From the IMG/VR virus record IMGVR_UViG_3300025131_008477, positions 6,124 through 70,123 of that record: a DNA stretch of 64,000 nt, one strand, 5' to 3'. The notes beneath the pieces were generated by a model, which was given only the letters and a program-made list of their open reading frames with translations, had not been told where the DNA came from and made no database searches. Position 1 is the stretch's first letter. Every line of letters begins with the position of its first letter. Below, piece after piece: positions 30,824-40,972 of this stretch. Made by a program: the position numbers and the translations under genes. The DNA is from a virus.

Positions 30824-32770
30824 CTAACTTACCACCTTAAAATTAAAATTGTCATCAAAAATTCTGTATCTTCCATCATCTAATTGTAACCTTAATATAA
30901 TTCTATATAATCTATTTGTTATAAACCCATTTAAATTTAATTTAAAATAATCCGATGTAGTATCTTGACTTAATTTAGAATTATCACCAAATGGAATAAG
31001 TATTGCTCCTGTTTCTACATCTATTATTGAATACCAACCTTTATTAAATCTTATATTTGCATCATATATTGTTGATGATTTCTTTGTTGTAAAAACTCGC
31101 TTGGTTTGATATCTTTCTCTGACTTCTACTCTGAACTTCGGTGTTTCTGTCTCTCTATAGGTTTCTCTTAAATTTCTCATAAAAGCATAAAAATCTTTTG
31201 TACCTGTGCCGACACTAATACCAAAAGAACCCGAATCGGGAGAATCAGTTGAACCTGATATCCAAGTTGGACTATTTTTTATTGAACCAGTATTATTGTT
31301 GGTACTTGAATCTGCTAAATCAGTTCCACTTCCTTCATTAAACTTCCAATAACCTACAAGATTACTTTCATTAGATAAATCATGTGGAACTCCACCATTA
31401 TATAAAGTGTTAACTTCAGTTGATGATAATTGTTTATCGAAAATTGATACACCATTAAGTCTTATACCGGCTGGGGTGCTAGAAGCACCATTTTGCGTAT
31501 ATGCACCAAATAATATTTTAGCCGTTCCGTCATCTAAACTATCTCCACTTGGGAGTGCTGTAGTCGCTGTAGCACCAAGTTCCCCATTTATATATAATTT
31601 TGTTTTTTCACCAAATTTAAATGTTCCAACTAAATGATACCATAAACCAGCATTTGAACCCGTACTAACGGAGAGTGGTGTACCACTGTTTGCATGATAA
31701 TTAGTATTCCAATGTGTACTTCCACTTGCTATTGTAAAAGCTGGTGTATCATTATTTAGAGCAGTCAAGTACCATTCATATTGTTTATCAGATGCGTAGT
31801 TATCCCATTTAGATACAAAATATCTATATCCAGTCGATGATGTTATTTGACTCCAACAAGCTACAGTTCCTTCTGTTGATATAAGTTGTTTATCAACGAC
31901 TTCAACATATTTATCAGGATCTACATTATGAGTTCCAAAATCAATTGAATATTTATTTGGACTATCAATATCTACGTCATCCCACCTAACTTCAATCTTT
32001 GGTGAATATATAGAATTTGCATTTGATGAGAAAAAGTTTATATCACCTGTATAATCAGATGAATCTTCTTGACTTTGACTTGTAGAATTCATACTAGAAT
32101 CATTACTGTCCCATTTAATAATAAATCCTTCATTTTGTCTTGTGCCATCTAACCATTTATTTACAATATCCGTTACATTCATATTAACATCTGGAGATTC
32201 ATATGAAAATGATTGTGACACTACAGCTGCTATATCATTTCCGCCAGGCATGTTAATACCACCCTCATCATACCAAACACCACCACCTGCTTTTCTACTA
32301 CCAGTATCTAAATGTAGATGTAATGAATCAAGTGGTTTTGATGCAGAGGCCATAGAAAATTCAGTTGAACCTATACCACCAACAGTCCATAAAGTATTAT
32401 CAAAACTCTCATCACCTCTTTTCCAACTCACACCATCTCTATTATTAGGATCTTGTGTTATGTATCCAGTTCCGTCATCCCAACTCGATGACATCGCGTA
32501 CGCATTTAATTGATATGATGGAGAAAGTTCAGATGTTTTTTGTTCATACAATCTTAAATAATAACTTGGATTTGTTATGTCCCCCGATGATAGTGATTTG
32601 GATATATCAGTTAAATCAAACTTTAAAAGAATACGAGATACACCATTTAACGTGTTACCATCAATATCTTTTTTAAGGACAAGAGTATCATCACCACCGA
32701 AATTCTTTTCATCATTGGTATTGAGTTCGTATATATATGCATCCTTTGAAGGATATATAAAATGATACAC
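30824..32770 (-). CDS. Paralog of the 366-aa protein with an inserted LamG/ConA domain (648 aa)
   Basis: Same N- and C-termini plus WYHLVGTF...KLYING...VSIFDKQLS...LVGYWKFNEGSG...DSS.NNNTG. Confidence 0.75.
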   Translation of the reverse strand: MYHFIYPSKDAYIYELNTNDEKNFGGDDTLVLKKDIDGNTLNGVSRILLKFDLTDISKSLSSGDITNPSYYLRLYEQKTSELSPSYQLNAYAMSSSWDDGTGYITQDPNNRDGVSWKRGDESFDNTLWTVGGIGSTEFSMASASKPLDSLHLHLDTGSRKAGGGVWYDEGGINMPGGNDIAAVVSQSFSYESPDVNMNVTDIVNKWLDGTRQNEGFIIKWDSNDSSMNSTSQSQEDSSDYTGDINFFSSNANSIYSPKIEVRWDDVDIDSPNKYSIDFGTHNVDPDKYVEVVDKQLISTEGTVACWSQITSSTGYRYFVSKWDNYASDKQYEWYLTALNNDTPAFTIASGSTHWNTNYHANSGTPLSVSTGSNAGLWYHLVGTFKFGEKTKLYINGELGATATTALPSGDSLDDGTAKILFGAYTQNGASSTPAGIRLNGVSIFDKQLSSTEVNTLYNGGVPHDLSNESNLVGYWKFNEGSGTDLADSSTNNNTGSIKNSPTWISGSTDSPDSGSFGISVGTGTKDFYAFMRNLRETYRETETPKFRVEVRERYQTKRVFTTKKSSTIYDANIRFNKGWYSIIDVETGAILIPFGDNSKLSQDTTSDYFKLNLNGFITNRLYRIILRLQLDDGRYRIFDDNFNFKVVS

Positions 32771-32773
32771 TTG

Positions 32774-35410
32774 TTATCCCCTATCTTTTTTCAATTCATC
32801 TATTTGTTTTTGTAAATCAATTATATATAATGTAAGTTCCTCAACTTTTTCAAGAAGTTTCATATCTCTATCAGCCATAGTTAATTGTGACCAATCATCG
32901 TTATCTGCGGATGGTACTCCGGGTAAATGTTTATATTCAGTAATATGTTGTTCAACTTCCGGTAAGGTTTTCAATATATATTGTGGTTCAAATACATAAT
33001 CTGGAATTGTTGCACCATCATCATAAAATTGAGCCGAATATATATTTCCACTTGCACTTATGTCTCCACTTGCGGTTATGTGAGTATCTACAAATAAGCC
33101 AGGAGAAGTGTTATAAATCTTTACTTTTCTATCGTCAGCAATTTCAAATATAGTACTACCATCTTCATTTAAGTTTACACCAGTTTTACCTTCTAATGTT
33201 AATGCACCAGCTGAAGTTTTCCAAAGAGAAGTGTTATTTGCAGTTATAGCCAATCCACTATTTACAGTTGTAATTGAAGAAACATCTCCACTATCTCTAG
33301 CATCAATTACAATAGATGAACCTTTTAAAGCACCACTTGCACTTATGTTTCCACTTGCGGTTATGTGGCCAGTTACATCAATACCAGCATTTTCTACTAC
33401 TAATTGTGGTGCACTATGTTCATTACCTCCATCTCCTTGACCAGTTCTTAAATCATAACCGACACCTATTTTAATTTTAGTAAGAGTATTTACAGCGTTT
33501 ATAGAAAATGCTTCATAATTACTTGTACTATATCTAATACCACCACCAAAAGTAGCATCTGATGGACTTCCAAACCACAGTGGCCTGTCATTAGCGACAG
33601 TCATAGCACCATGTGTTTTATAAAGACCATTAGCCGCATTATTACCAAATCTAGCTGTAGCAAACGAAGCAGTTGTTGATGATGAACCACTTATGTTTCC
33701 ACTTGCGGTTATGTGGCCTTGACCTGATAGTGTAACTGATTTATTAGCACTTCCACTTATTGTTACAGAACCAGAGATGAAATTAGTACCTCTGTTATTT
33801 AAATTAACCCAAGTTTTAGAATCTAATCCTGTTATTACAAACTCTCTGTGATAACCAGAAGAATGAGCCCAAAGATAAAAAGTAGATTGTCCTGTATTTG
33901 TTGAAGAAAAGACAGTTACATCACCACCTGTTGTAGATGGTCTAATATGTAAACTACCACCAGTAGCACCAGTACCAATATTTACGCTATCACTTGTAGT
34001 TCCACTTAATTTAAGTTGTGGGGCATCGACAGTACCTATGAGATCAAGTTTACTACTAATTATTGTTCCACTCGCACTTATGTTTCCACTTGCGGTTATG
34101 TGGCTATTAAATGCAGAACCACTAGAATATATTTTAAGTACTTCAGTATTACCACCAACTTTAAAGTCAAGATAATCACCATTATTTGTATATAATATAT
34201 ACCCAACATCATTATCATCAGAGTCACCAAATAGTATTCCTTCTGGACTAGAATTGGGTGATAATAATTGGATAAAATTATTATTATTATTTTCTAAACA
34301 AAATCCTGAATATGAATTAGCTTGAACATCACCAGCATTACCTTTTCTTATATGAAGTAAAATATTAGTATCCGGTGCAGTATCACTACCTAATACCATA
34401 TTTTTACCAAAATATGTTTGTGAACCACTTATATTTCCACTCGCGGTTATATGACCACTAAATGTATTTGATACTATAGAAGTATTACCAATAGTAACTG
34501 TGTTAGAACCCTTACCTTTTGAACCACTACCAATTACAATTTCGTTATCAACAGAACCACGACTTGAAGATGCATAAGTTCCTATATATATACTTCCTGT
34601 TATGTTATGGGTTAAATCAACTACTAAGTTACCAGCATACTTTCCAACAAAAATACTATCATTTGCAAATGCATTTGTTTGAGAACCACCATTTATTCCT
34701 GCTTCCGCTCCTAAATATACATTATCGTCACCCTGTACACCAGCCCCGGCGTTACGTCCAACACCAATATTATAACTTCCCATTGAAGGTCCACCATAAA
34801 GAGCCCTATAACCCAAAGCGGCATTATAAGTACCTGTACTTACATCACCTTGTCCCATCGCTTGATGTCCGACAGCGGCATTACCAGCACCAGTATTTTT
34901 ATACACAGCCGCACTTCCAATAGCCGTAACATCTGCCCCCACCTCACCTACCTCATTCCCAAATACGGTAGAAGTATTAGAACCCACACCTTGATTATAC
35001 TTATCAAGTTGAAGTATGTTAAACGAACCAGTATTAGCTTGTGCAATTCCACTTGAACTTATATTTCCACTTGCGGTTATACTCCCCACAAATTTATGTG
35101 TATCATTGTCTGAATCACCAAATACAGTTGAACCACTTGCCTGTGCAATAGACATTGATGTAACAGAAGATGAAACTATATATTGTTGTGCATGAACTGA
35201 ACCATCGGTATATATATCCCCACTCGAACTTATAATACCAATTATATTTATATTACCATCACCGGGTAAATATACCCCCGTACCAGAACCACTTAAATCT
35301 GCTATTTCACCAGATGCTGATACTTGTAGTATTTGTTTATATACCGTCTTTAATGGTTTATTTCCTATATCTGCCGATGGGTTGAGTTTCCATGATTTTA
35401 TTCTTGCCAT
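32774..35410 (-). CDS. Trimeric tail fibre with YadA-like head repeats, HITASGNISASG modules and a C-terminal chaperone-like coiled coil (878 aa)
   Basis: NAAVGHQAM/NAALGYRAL/NIGVGRNAG repeats. C-terminal PDYVFEPQY...HLPGVPSA...LLEKVEELTLYII resembles S74-like chaperone tails. Confidence 0.8.
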   Translation of the reverse strand: MARIKSWKLNPSADIGNKPLKTVYKQILQVSASGEIADLSGSGTGVYLPGDGNINIIGIISSSGDIYTDGSVHAQQYIVSSSVTSMSIAQASGSTVFGDSDNDTHKFVGSITASGNISSSGIAQANTGSFNILQLDKYNQGVGSNTSTVFGNEVGEVGADVTAIGSAAVYKNTGAGNAAVGHQAMGQGDVSTGTYNAALGYRALYGGPSMGSYNIGVGRNAGAGVQGDDNVYLGAEAGINGGSQTNAFANDSIFVGKYAGNLVVDLTHNITGSIYIGTYASSSRGSVDNEIVIGSGSKGKGSNTVTIGNTSIVSNTFSGHITASGNISGSQTYFGKNMVLGSDTAPDTNILLHIRKGNAGDVQANSYSGFCLENNNNNFIQLLSPNSSPEGILFGDSDDNDVGYILYTNNGDYLDFKVGGNTEVLKIYSSGSAFNSHITASGNISASGTIISSKLDLIGTVDAPQLKLSGTTSDSVNIGTGATGGSLHIRPSTTGGDVTVFSSTNTGQSTFYLWAHSSGYHREFVITGLDSKTWVNLNNRGTNFISGSVTISGSANKSVTLSGQGHITASGNISGSSSTTASFATARFGNNAANGLYKTHGAMTVANDRPLWFGSPSDATFGGGIRYSTSNYEAFSINAVNTLTKIKIGVGYDLRTGQGDGGNEHSAPQLVVENAGIDVTGHITASGNISASGALKGSSIVIDARDSGDVSSITTVNSGLAITANNTSLWKTSAGALTLEGKTGVNLNEDGSTIFEIADDRKVKIYNTSPGLFVDTHITASGDISASGNIYSAQFYDDGATIPDYVFEPQYILKTLPEVEQHITEYKHLPGVPSADNDDWSQLTMADRDMKLLEKVEELTLYIIDLQKQIDELKKDRG
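33048..35240 (-). repeat. Dispersed intragenic DNA repeat ATAACCGCAAGTGGAAAYATAAGT, 6-7 copies, sharing its core with the repeat in 194-3613
   Basis: Plus-strand cttatrtttccacttgcggttat variants near 33048, 33333, 33687, 34068, 34425 and 35049, with a degenerate copy near 35221. Confidence 0.88.
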
Positions 35411-35423
35411 TTATAATTCTCCG

Positions 35424-37622
35424 TTATCTAACTATCCCTCTTATATTTTTATTTGGATTTTTTAATTCAAACACTGACGGTTCATATGCTGGTAATATAA
35501 CACCATTACCAGCCACATTATCTGTACCATAAAATTCACTAAAATCATAATAATATCCATAACCAACATTAGTACCTGAAGTTGATGTGGTATTATCAGA
35601 ACTTATCAATGTAGTATATAATCCAGGTGTAAAAACTGCTGCTTCAGCACCACTTGCTCCTGCCTGTGCATTATAATCTTTATCTTGTGTTATTGTTACA
35701 TAATTTACAGCCCTAACACCATCTACATCCATCAATATCTGACTTACATCATTTGTATATAATATTTGTTTGAATTGCATTTTATCTACTGTAAAATAAT
35801 TTTTTACTGCTTGAATACACCTGGCCTTTACATCTTCTTTATTTTCATATTGTTGTGCTACAACATCAAATACTACACCAAAATTAATTACATAACCGTC
35901 ATAAAATGATACTTGATCTGTTATCATTCTATATTGATTTAAATATTGTTTAAGATTTTGTTTAACTATATTTGGTGTATTGATTAAATTTTTATTATTA
36001 TCATAAGATAATAAATATAAATCTACTGTATATAATCTATCATCCTGTGATACATTGGAATGTGCCATTTCTAATGTTTCATATAACATTTCAAAATCTT
36101 CTTTATTTAAACCACCACTCTTATCAGCATCCAACTTTAATTTTATATCATTAATTATTCCAACTTTACCACCAGCTGATAAACCTGGATCGAACATCTG
36201 ATAATTCAAATCTATAACTTCTTTTAATCTGTCAACCAAATCAGCTATCTTCTGTCTCTGAGCTGTTCTAACTGCTCCCGATCTTACTGAATAAACTTTT
36301 GCCATATTTCCAAACTTAGCTGGCATAGTTAATGTTCTAGCTTCAAAATCTGATTTTGTTACACATCTATTTTGAGTAGAAAAATGTCCCATTGTTCTAT
36401 GTCTAATTTCTTCTAAAGTTTCTCCGGATGAACCACCAGCAGCTGGTCCTTCGTTTGTTACAGTTATATTACCAATAGTCCCAGACCCAATTATATCAGA
36501 ATCACTAATATTAATCAAAATACCAGATGGTATATTAGCACCAATACCACCTCCTATTCTATATGTAACAGTTAAAGTTGTATGTGCTGGTGCTTGTCCG
36601 AGAGTTCCATATGCATCCCCCAAAAGTGGGTCAATTTCAGATTCTAAGCTTTCTTCCCCACCTGGCAAGTTTATTCCTTGTTGTTCTACTGCTAAAAATG
36701 TAGAATCAAATGTGTTACCATTTTTTAATACACCATTACCAAACATTAAAGATGTTTTATTATTCTCATCAACTTCAACTGTAAATCTTCTACCGGTTTT
36801 TATATATTCTAAAGAATAAGGCACTGGTATAGAAATAGTAGAATCACCACTTAAATTACTATACGATGTACTTCTATTACTATCAGAACTATAATGTTTT
36901 TCAATTGGAATCTTATCTTGAGCTAAAGTTGCAACTTCATACCAAATATTATTATTAATATCAGTAACTTTTAATACTTCAATAATATTTGTTTCTGGTA
37001 AAGTTAATTTTAAAAACTTATTTGGTTCTCCTACATTAAAAGTAGTTGTTGTTGTTTCACCACTTATAGCTTTTACTTTTCGTGTAAATATATGTTCATT
37101 AGGCACTCCTGTAGAACTATCTATGCTTGAAACCTCTGGTGCTGTATCTGCTGATGAACTTACTTTAAAATCTACTATATCTAATGTTTCAAATATTATA
37201 TCTGAATCTATAGAAGATGCTATTTTCATCCCTTTATCAATTGTTACGGCGCTGCTATAATCTGGAGAACCATCAGCATTAGATGTAGTAACCGTATCTT
37301 TTACAGTTAAATTAACGTAAGCTGGTGTTATAGCTTTGGTTTTATATCCATATGATTTTGCTAAAGTAATTAAATTTTTTCTATCTTCACTTAGAGGTAA
37401 TAACATTTCTCTATATTGTTGGTCAACATAAAAATTTAATACATCACCAACATACGCAGACAGTTCAATTAACATCATACCAGGAGATGTTTCATTAAAA
37501 TCTTTATATGTATTAGGAAAATACGATTTAGTATAATTTATTAAAGATCTTTTTAAATCATTGAAATCTTTCCCCACATAATTAATATTGCTATTTTTTA
37601 ATTCATTTTTACCGTAAGGCAT
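35424..37622 (-). CDS. Baseplate wedge subunit (T4 gp6 / baseplate J-like)
   Basis: YVGKDF...YFPNTYKDFNETSPGMMLIELSAYVGDVLNFYVD; TYRIGGG..AN; ETLEEIR...QNRCVTKSDFE. Confidence 0.88.
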   Translation of the reverse strand: MPYGKNELKNSNINYVGKDFNDLKRSLINYTKSYFPNTYKDFNETSPGMMLIELSAYVGDVLNFYVDQQYREMLLPLSEDRKNLITLAKSYGYKTKAITPAYVNLTVKDTVTTSNADGSPDYSSAVTIDKGMKIASSIDSDIIFETLDIVDFKVSSSADTAPEVSSIDSSTGVPNEHIFTRKVKAISGETTTTTFNVGEPNKFLKLTLPETNIIEVLKVTDINNNIWYEVATLAQDKIPIEKHYSSDSNRSTSYSNLSGDSTISIPVPYSLEYIKTGRRFTVEVDENNKTSLMFGNGVLKNGNTFDSTFLAVEQQGINLPGGEESLESEIDPLLGDAYGTLGQAPAHTTLTVTYRIGGGIGANIPSGILINISDSDIIGSGTIGNITVTNEGPAAGGSSGETLEEIRHRTMGHFSTQNRCVTKSDFEARTLTMPAKFGNMAKVYSVRSGAVRTAQRQKIADLVDRLKEVIDLNYQMFDPGLSAGGKVGIINDIKLKLDADKSGGLNKEDFEMLYETLEMAHSNVSQDDRLYTVDLYLLSYDNNKNLINTPNIVKQNLKQYLNQYRMITDQVSFYDGYVINFGVVFDVVAQQYENKEDVKARCIQAVKNYFTVDKMQFKQILYTNDVSQILMDVDGVRAVNYVTITQDKDYNAQAGASGAEAAVFTPGLYTTLISSDNTTSTSGTNVGYGYYYDFSEFYGTDNVAGNGVILPAYEPSVFELKNPNKNIRGIVR

Positions 37623-37624
37623 TT

Positions 37625-38071
37625 TTATTCTCCTCCAACAGTCATTGTGACCGATTCAGTAGATGTTGGATCTTGTTTTAAACTAAAATCTACTGATATT
37701 TCCATTGTACTTCTACCAACATCACTATTATTATCTGACATTTTAACTCTTATATCATTAAGTTGAACAAATGGCAACCAAAAATTCATACTTTCAACTA
37801 TAGTATCTTGAACTTGAACAACTAAATCTTCTGAAAATGGTTCAAATAAATATTTTTTAATACTAACTCCTAAATTTGGCTGCATTACTCTCTCACCAAT
37901 TTCTGTGCTACAAAGATTTAATACATTTTGTTTTACAGCTTCAAGAGTTGTTTTGGTTGATGCATCATACCCATTATCAAATGTCATAGGTAATTTAAGT
38001 CCAAGAGCCACCGATTCATCTTGATCAAACACATTGGGAGTTTTTAGTCTACTTTTATCTACTATCGCCAT
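37625..38071 (-). CDS. Baseplate gp25/GPW-like protein
   Basis: VKQNVLNL..TEIGERVMQPNLG...YLFEP motif, directly upstream of the gp6-like gene. Confidence 0.88.
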   Translation of the reverse strand: MAIVDKSRLKTPNVFDQDESVALGLKLPMTFDNGYDASTKTTLEAVKQNVLNLCSTEIGERVMQPNLGVSIKKYLFEPFSEDLVVQVQDTIVESMNFWLPFVQLNDIRVKMSDNNSDVGRSTMEISVDFSLKQDPTSTESVTMTVGGE

Positions 38072-38074
38072 TTT

Positions 38075-38464
38075 TTATCCACCCATTTTCTGTTGTTTCT
38101 TTTTATCTACCGCTTTCATTAATTTTCTGTAATCTTTTTTTAAAAAATCCGGTGACTGTCCTTCAACAGATACACCACCATTTTGTGGTTGATTATCACC
38201 CATTAAATCTTTATAAGCACCACCCATTATTTCACCCATTCTATCAGATGTATATTCTGTTCCACCCATTGTTTCCCAATCCTCGGTTTGAGTTTCATTT
38301 AATACCTCATTCAAAATTGGGTTCTTTGAATAAGATTGTTTCTGTTTTGGTTTAGGTTTTTGTACAGTTTGTTTTTTAACCCCACCAAGAACTTCTTTTA
38401 AACCCATACGGATTTCTTCTCTTACTACTTCTCTTATTACCATTTTAAGTTGACTCATTTTCAT
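38075..38464 (-). CDS. Hypothetical virion protein with MKMSQLKMVIREVVREEI N-terminus (129 aa)
   Basis: ORF with SD in the structural operon; NPILNEVLNET motif. Confidence 0.6.
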   Translation of the reverse strand: MKMSQLKMVIREVVREEIRMGLKEVLGGVKKQTVQKPKPKQKQSYSKNPILNEVLNETQTEDWETMGGTEYTSDRMGEIMGGAYKDLMGDNQPQNGGVSVEGQSPDFLKKDYRKLMKAVDKKKQQKMGG

Positions 38465-38482
38465 AACTATGTTCTCCTATTG

Positions 38483-39490
38483 TTAAATATCTGATCCATA
38501 AAATCCTTTTCTTTTACCTTTTCTTGCAACCGCCTTTTCAATAGTAATATCTCTATTTGGGTGTTTTAAACTAGTAATAATTAATTCACTACCATCACTC
38601 CAATAACAATTTGGGGGTAAACATTCTTCATAACTAAGATTTTCACATTCCGGGCCAGATAAACAAACCCCATCTACTGGCCCACCCAAACTATTTAACT
38701 CATATTCAACATCCATACATTCATATGAATTAGATATACCTTCAAATTCACATTCATTCAGTTGTGCCATTAAATTCAATCTTTTTTCTCTATCACCATC
38801 TTTTGTTTCCTTCAATTTATCGGTATAATCTTCTGATGTTGTTGCACCCGCCCAATCACCTGCTGTTTTTAAAGAATCTAATATCGCTTCGTTTTTTAAA
38901 TTAGATTGTTGTGCTCGAAAAGATTCTATAAGTCCCACAACCAAATCTATAAATTTCAATAAAGATAATAACAAAAGTATAATAGACAATATAGCAAATG
39001 GTATTTTACCTATCTTATCCTGCAACATCTCACATGCCTGTTTTATAGCATTTGCTGTAGTTATATGCATTGTAAACGCCACTCCAGCACCAAGCCCAAC
39101 AGTGACAGCTGGTATCAAAGCAATTATAGAAGCGGCTAAAAATGCAACTTTAATAAGTTTAATAACTATAGATATATCTGATATAAAGCTTTTTAAGTCG
39201 TCTATAGTAGCTTTAATTTTCTCACCAAACTTATTTAATCTATCAATCATAGATATAATCTCTGGAGGAATTGTCTGTTTAGCGGCAACTCCAGACATAA
39301 CAGCAATTAACAAAACACCAACTAGTATTTTAATCTGTTTAGCATGTTTATCGGCTTCCTTTTTTATTATATCGTTAGCTTGCTTAGCAGGATCACCAAC
39401 TCCAGGTATTGAAGGTCCTAGTGGTTTTGCACTGCCTGCAGATTTTATTTCTAAAGCACTAATTTCAGCATCTGATATTATTTCAGCCAT
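38483..39490 (-). CDS. Hypothetical helical/hydrophobic baseplate-associated protein (335 aa)
   Basis: Several hydrophobic segments and a small Cys cluster; lies between the gp5-like and gp25-like genes. Confidence 0.55.
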   Translation of the reverse strand: MAEIISDAEISALEIKSAGSAKPLGPSIPGVGDPAKQANDIIKKEADKHAKQIKILVGVLLIAVMSGVAAKQTIPPEIISMIDRLNKFGEKIKATIDDLKSFISDISIVIKLIKVAFLAASIIALIPAVTVGLGAGVAFTMHITTANAIKQACEMLQDKIGKIPFAILSIILLLLSLLKFIDLVVGLIESFRAQQSNLKNEAILDSLKTAGDWAGATTSEDYTDKLKETKDGDREKRLNLMAQLNECEFEGISNSYECMDVEYELNSLGGPVDGVCLSGPECENLSYEECLPPNCYWSDGSELIITSLKHPNRDITIEKAVARKGKRKGFYGSDI

Positions 39491-39523
39491 ATATTGTCCT
39501 TTATTATATAAATTATACCTCTC

Positions 39524-40969
39524 CTATTTTTTTATAAATACTTTATCACTTAATATTAAATTTGATATTCCTTGTGGATAATCACCCCTAAGAGGAACTG
39601 GAAGAGGTTCCATGCCAAGTTCATTATCTATTGAATCTATTACTTCTCTCATTGTAGTTAATGACCCACCAGGTAAAGATCTATTTTCTATAGCCTTCGA
39701 TGTTATATAACACATTTCTTTCATTAATTGAAACATCTTACTCAACTGGGTAACTAATGCGTCTCCAAGAACAGCTTTATGCATGGTATCATCCAATATA
39801 GGATTTCCCAATAATATTTTTTGTCTACCATCTATATATAATTTTTCACACTCAATAGCAAATAGACCATCGGTTCGTGTTCTTACTTCCCCAACAGCTT
39901 CTGTTAAAATATTTTTACTTGTAGAAAATGTCATAGTACTACCACACCCCATGTGAATATGATTATAAGCTGATAAAAACATATTTTCTTTTCTAGCATT
40001 AAATGTTATTCTATCGGATGATAAAAAGAATTGATTACTATTATAATTATATATATCATCAGATGCATTTGTTACGCTAGAAACATTTGGTGGTAGACCT
40101 CTACCCAATGGTTTTGCAAAAGTTGATGTTATACTCCGTTTAGCTTTAGATTTCCCTTTACTATTAGCAAATTCTTCATCCGCTAATGTAAAATTATAAG
40201 CAAATGAAGTTTGATCATCACCATGAATATTAAAATGATCTCTTATACTTCCGTTTTCTAATATAGCTAAAATTGTTCCATCTAAACTTGTTTCTACAGG
40301 ATTACCAGGTGCTCTTCCATTGGATATAATAATATATGGATGTATATTTCTACTTCCTATTCTAATACTATTACCGTGTCTACCTTCTAATACTAAATCT
40401 CCATGAATTGCGTTTGATATAAATGGCATATCAGACTTTTTATCCTGTGATATTTTCCATTCTACTGGACTATCTAGTTTAGGATTTAATAATTTTTGTA
40501 ATCTTGAAAACTCTTCTTTTACAAATAATTTACTTTCAATAGAACCCTCACTATATACTACATCTTTAATAGAATTTTTAACTTGATTATTTTTAAAATT
40601 ATCTGCATTAAAGTTAGGTAATCCGTTTGTATTTAATGGTCCTAAATAATATTGTACTCCACCTATTGTACATAAAACTACAGGATCACCGGGAGCCGGT
40701 GCTTCTTGAACACCCCTCAACAATGGATAATATCTAAATTCTTCACCAGCCAATGATGGTTTTCTAATACCCTTATCACCAAAATGTGGCATAGCTATAA
40801 TACTTCCAAGTCGGCTTAAATCTCCTTCACAACTAATAGAATCTTCACCAGTAGTAACTTTAACAACAATTCCAGGTACAAATTGTATATAAACAGGTAA
40901 CTTTTTCTTTGTACCTAAAACAGAAGTTTGATCATATATACCGGGCATTGTTGTAAATGTAGAACCCAT
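39524..40969 (-). CDS. Baseplate hub/spike protein (gp5/VgrG-like)
   Basis: N-terminal OB-like YPL...P.PGD.V; GDLVLEGRHGNSIRIGS; LSSDRITFNARK; ILLG...AVLGDAL; position in the cluster. Confidence 0.7.
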   Translation of the reverse strand: MGSTFTTMPGIYDQTSVLGTKKKLPVYIQFVPGIVVKVTTGEDSISCEGDLSRLGSIIAMPHFGDKGIRKPSLAGEEFRYYPLLRGVQEAPAPGDPVVLCTIGGVQYYLGPLNTNGLPNFNADNFKNNQVKNSIKDVVYSEGSIESKLFVKEEFSRLQKLLNPKLDSPVEWKISQDKKSDMPFISNAIHGDLVLEGRHGNSIRIGSRNIHPYIIISNGRAPGNPVETSLDGTILAILENGSIRDHFNIHGDDQTSFAYNFTLADEEFANSKGKSKAKRSITSTFAKPLGRGLPPNVSSVTNASDDIYNYNSNQFFLSSDRITFNARKENMFLSAYNHIHMGCGSTMTFSTSKNILTEAVGEVRTRTDGLFAIECEKLYIDGRQKILLGNPILDDTMHKAVLGDALVTQLSKMFQLMKEMCYITSKAIENRSLPGGSLTTMREVIDSIDNELGMEPLPVPLRGDYPQGISNLILSDKVFIKK

Positions 40970-40972
40970 ATC

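Noticed and set aside
194-35410. Diversity-generating retroelement or invertible shufflon acting on the fibres
   Set aside because: No reverse transcriptase, adenine-specific template/variable pair, inverted copies or invertase is visible in the window.
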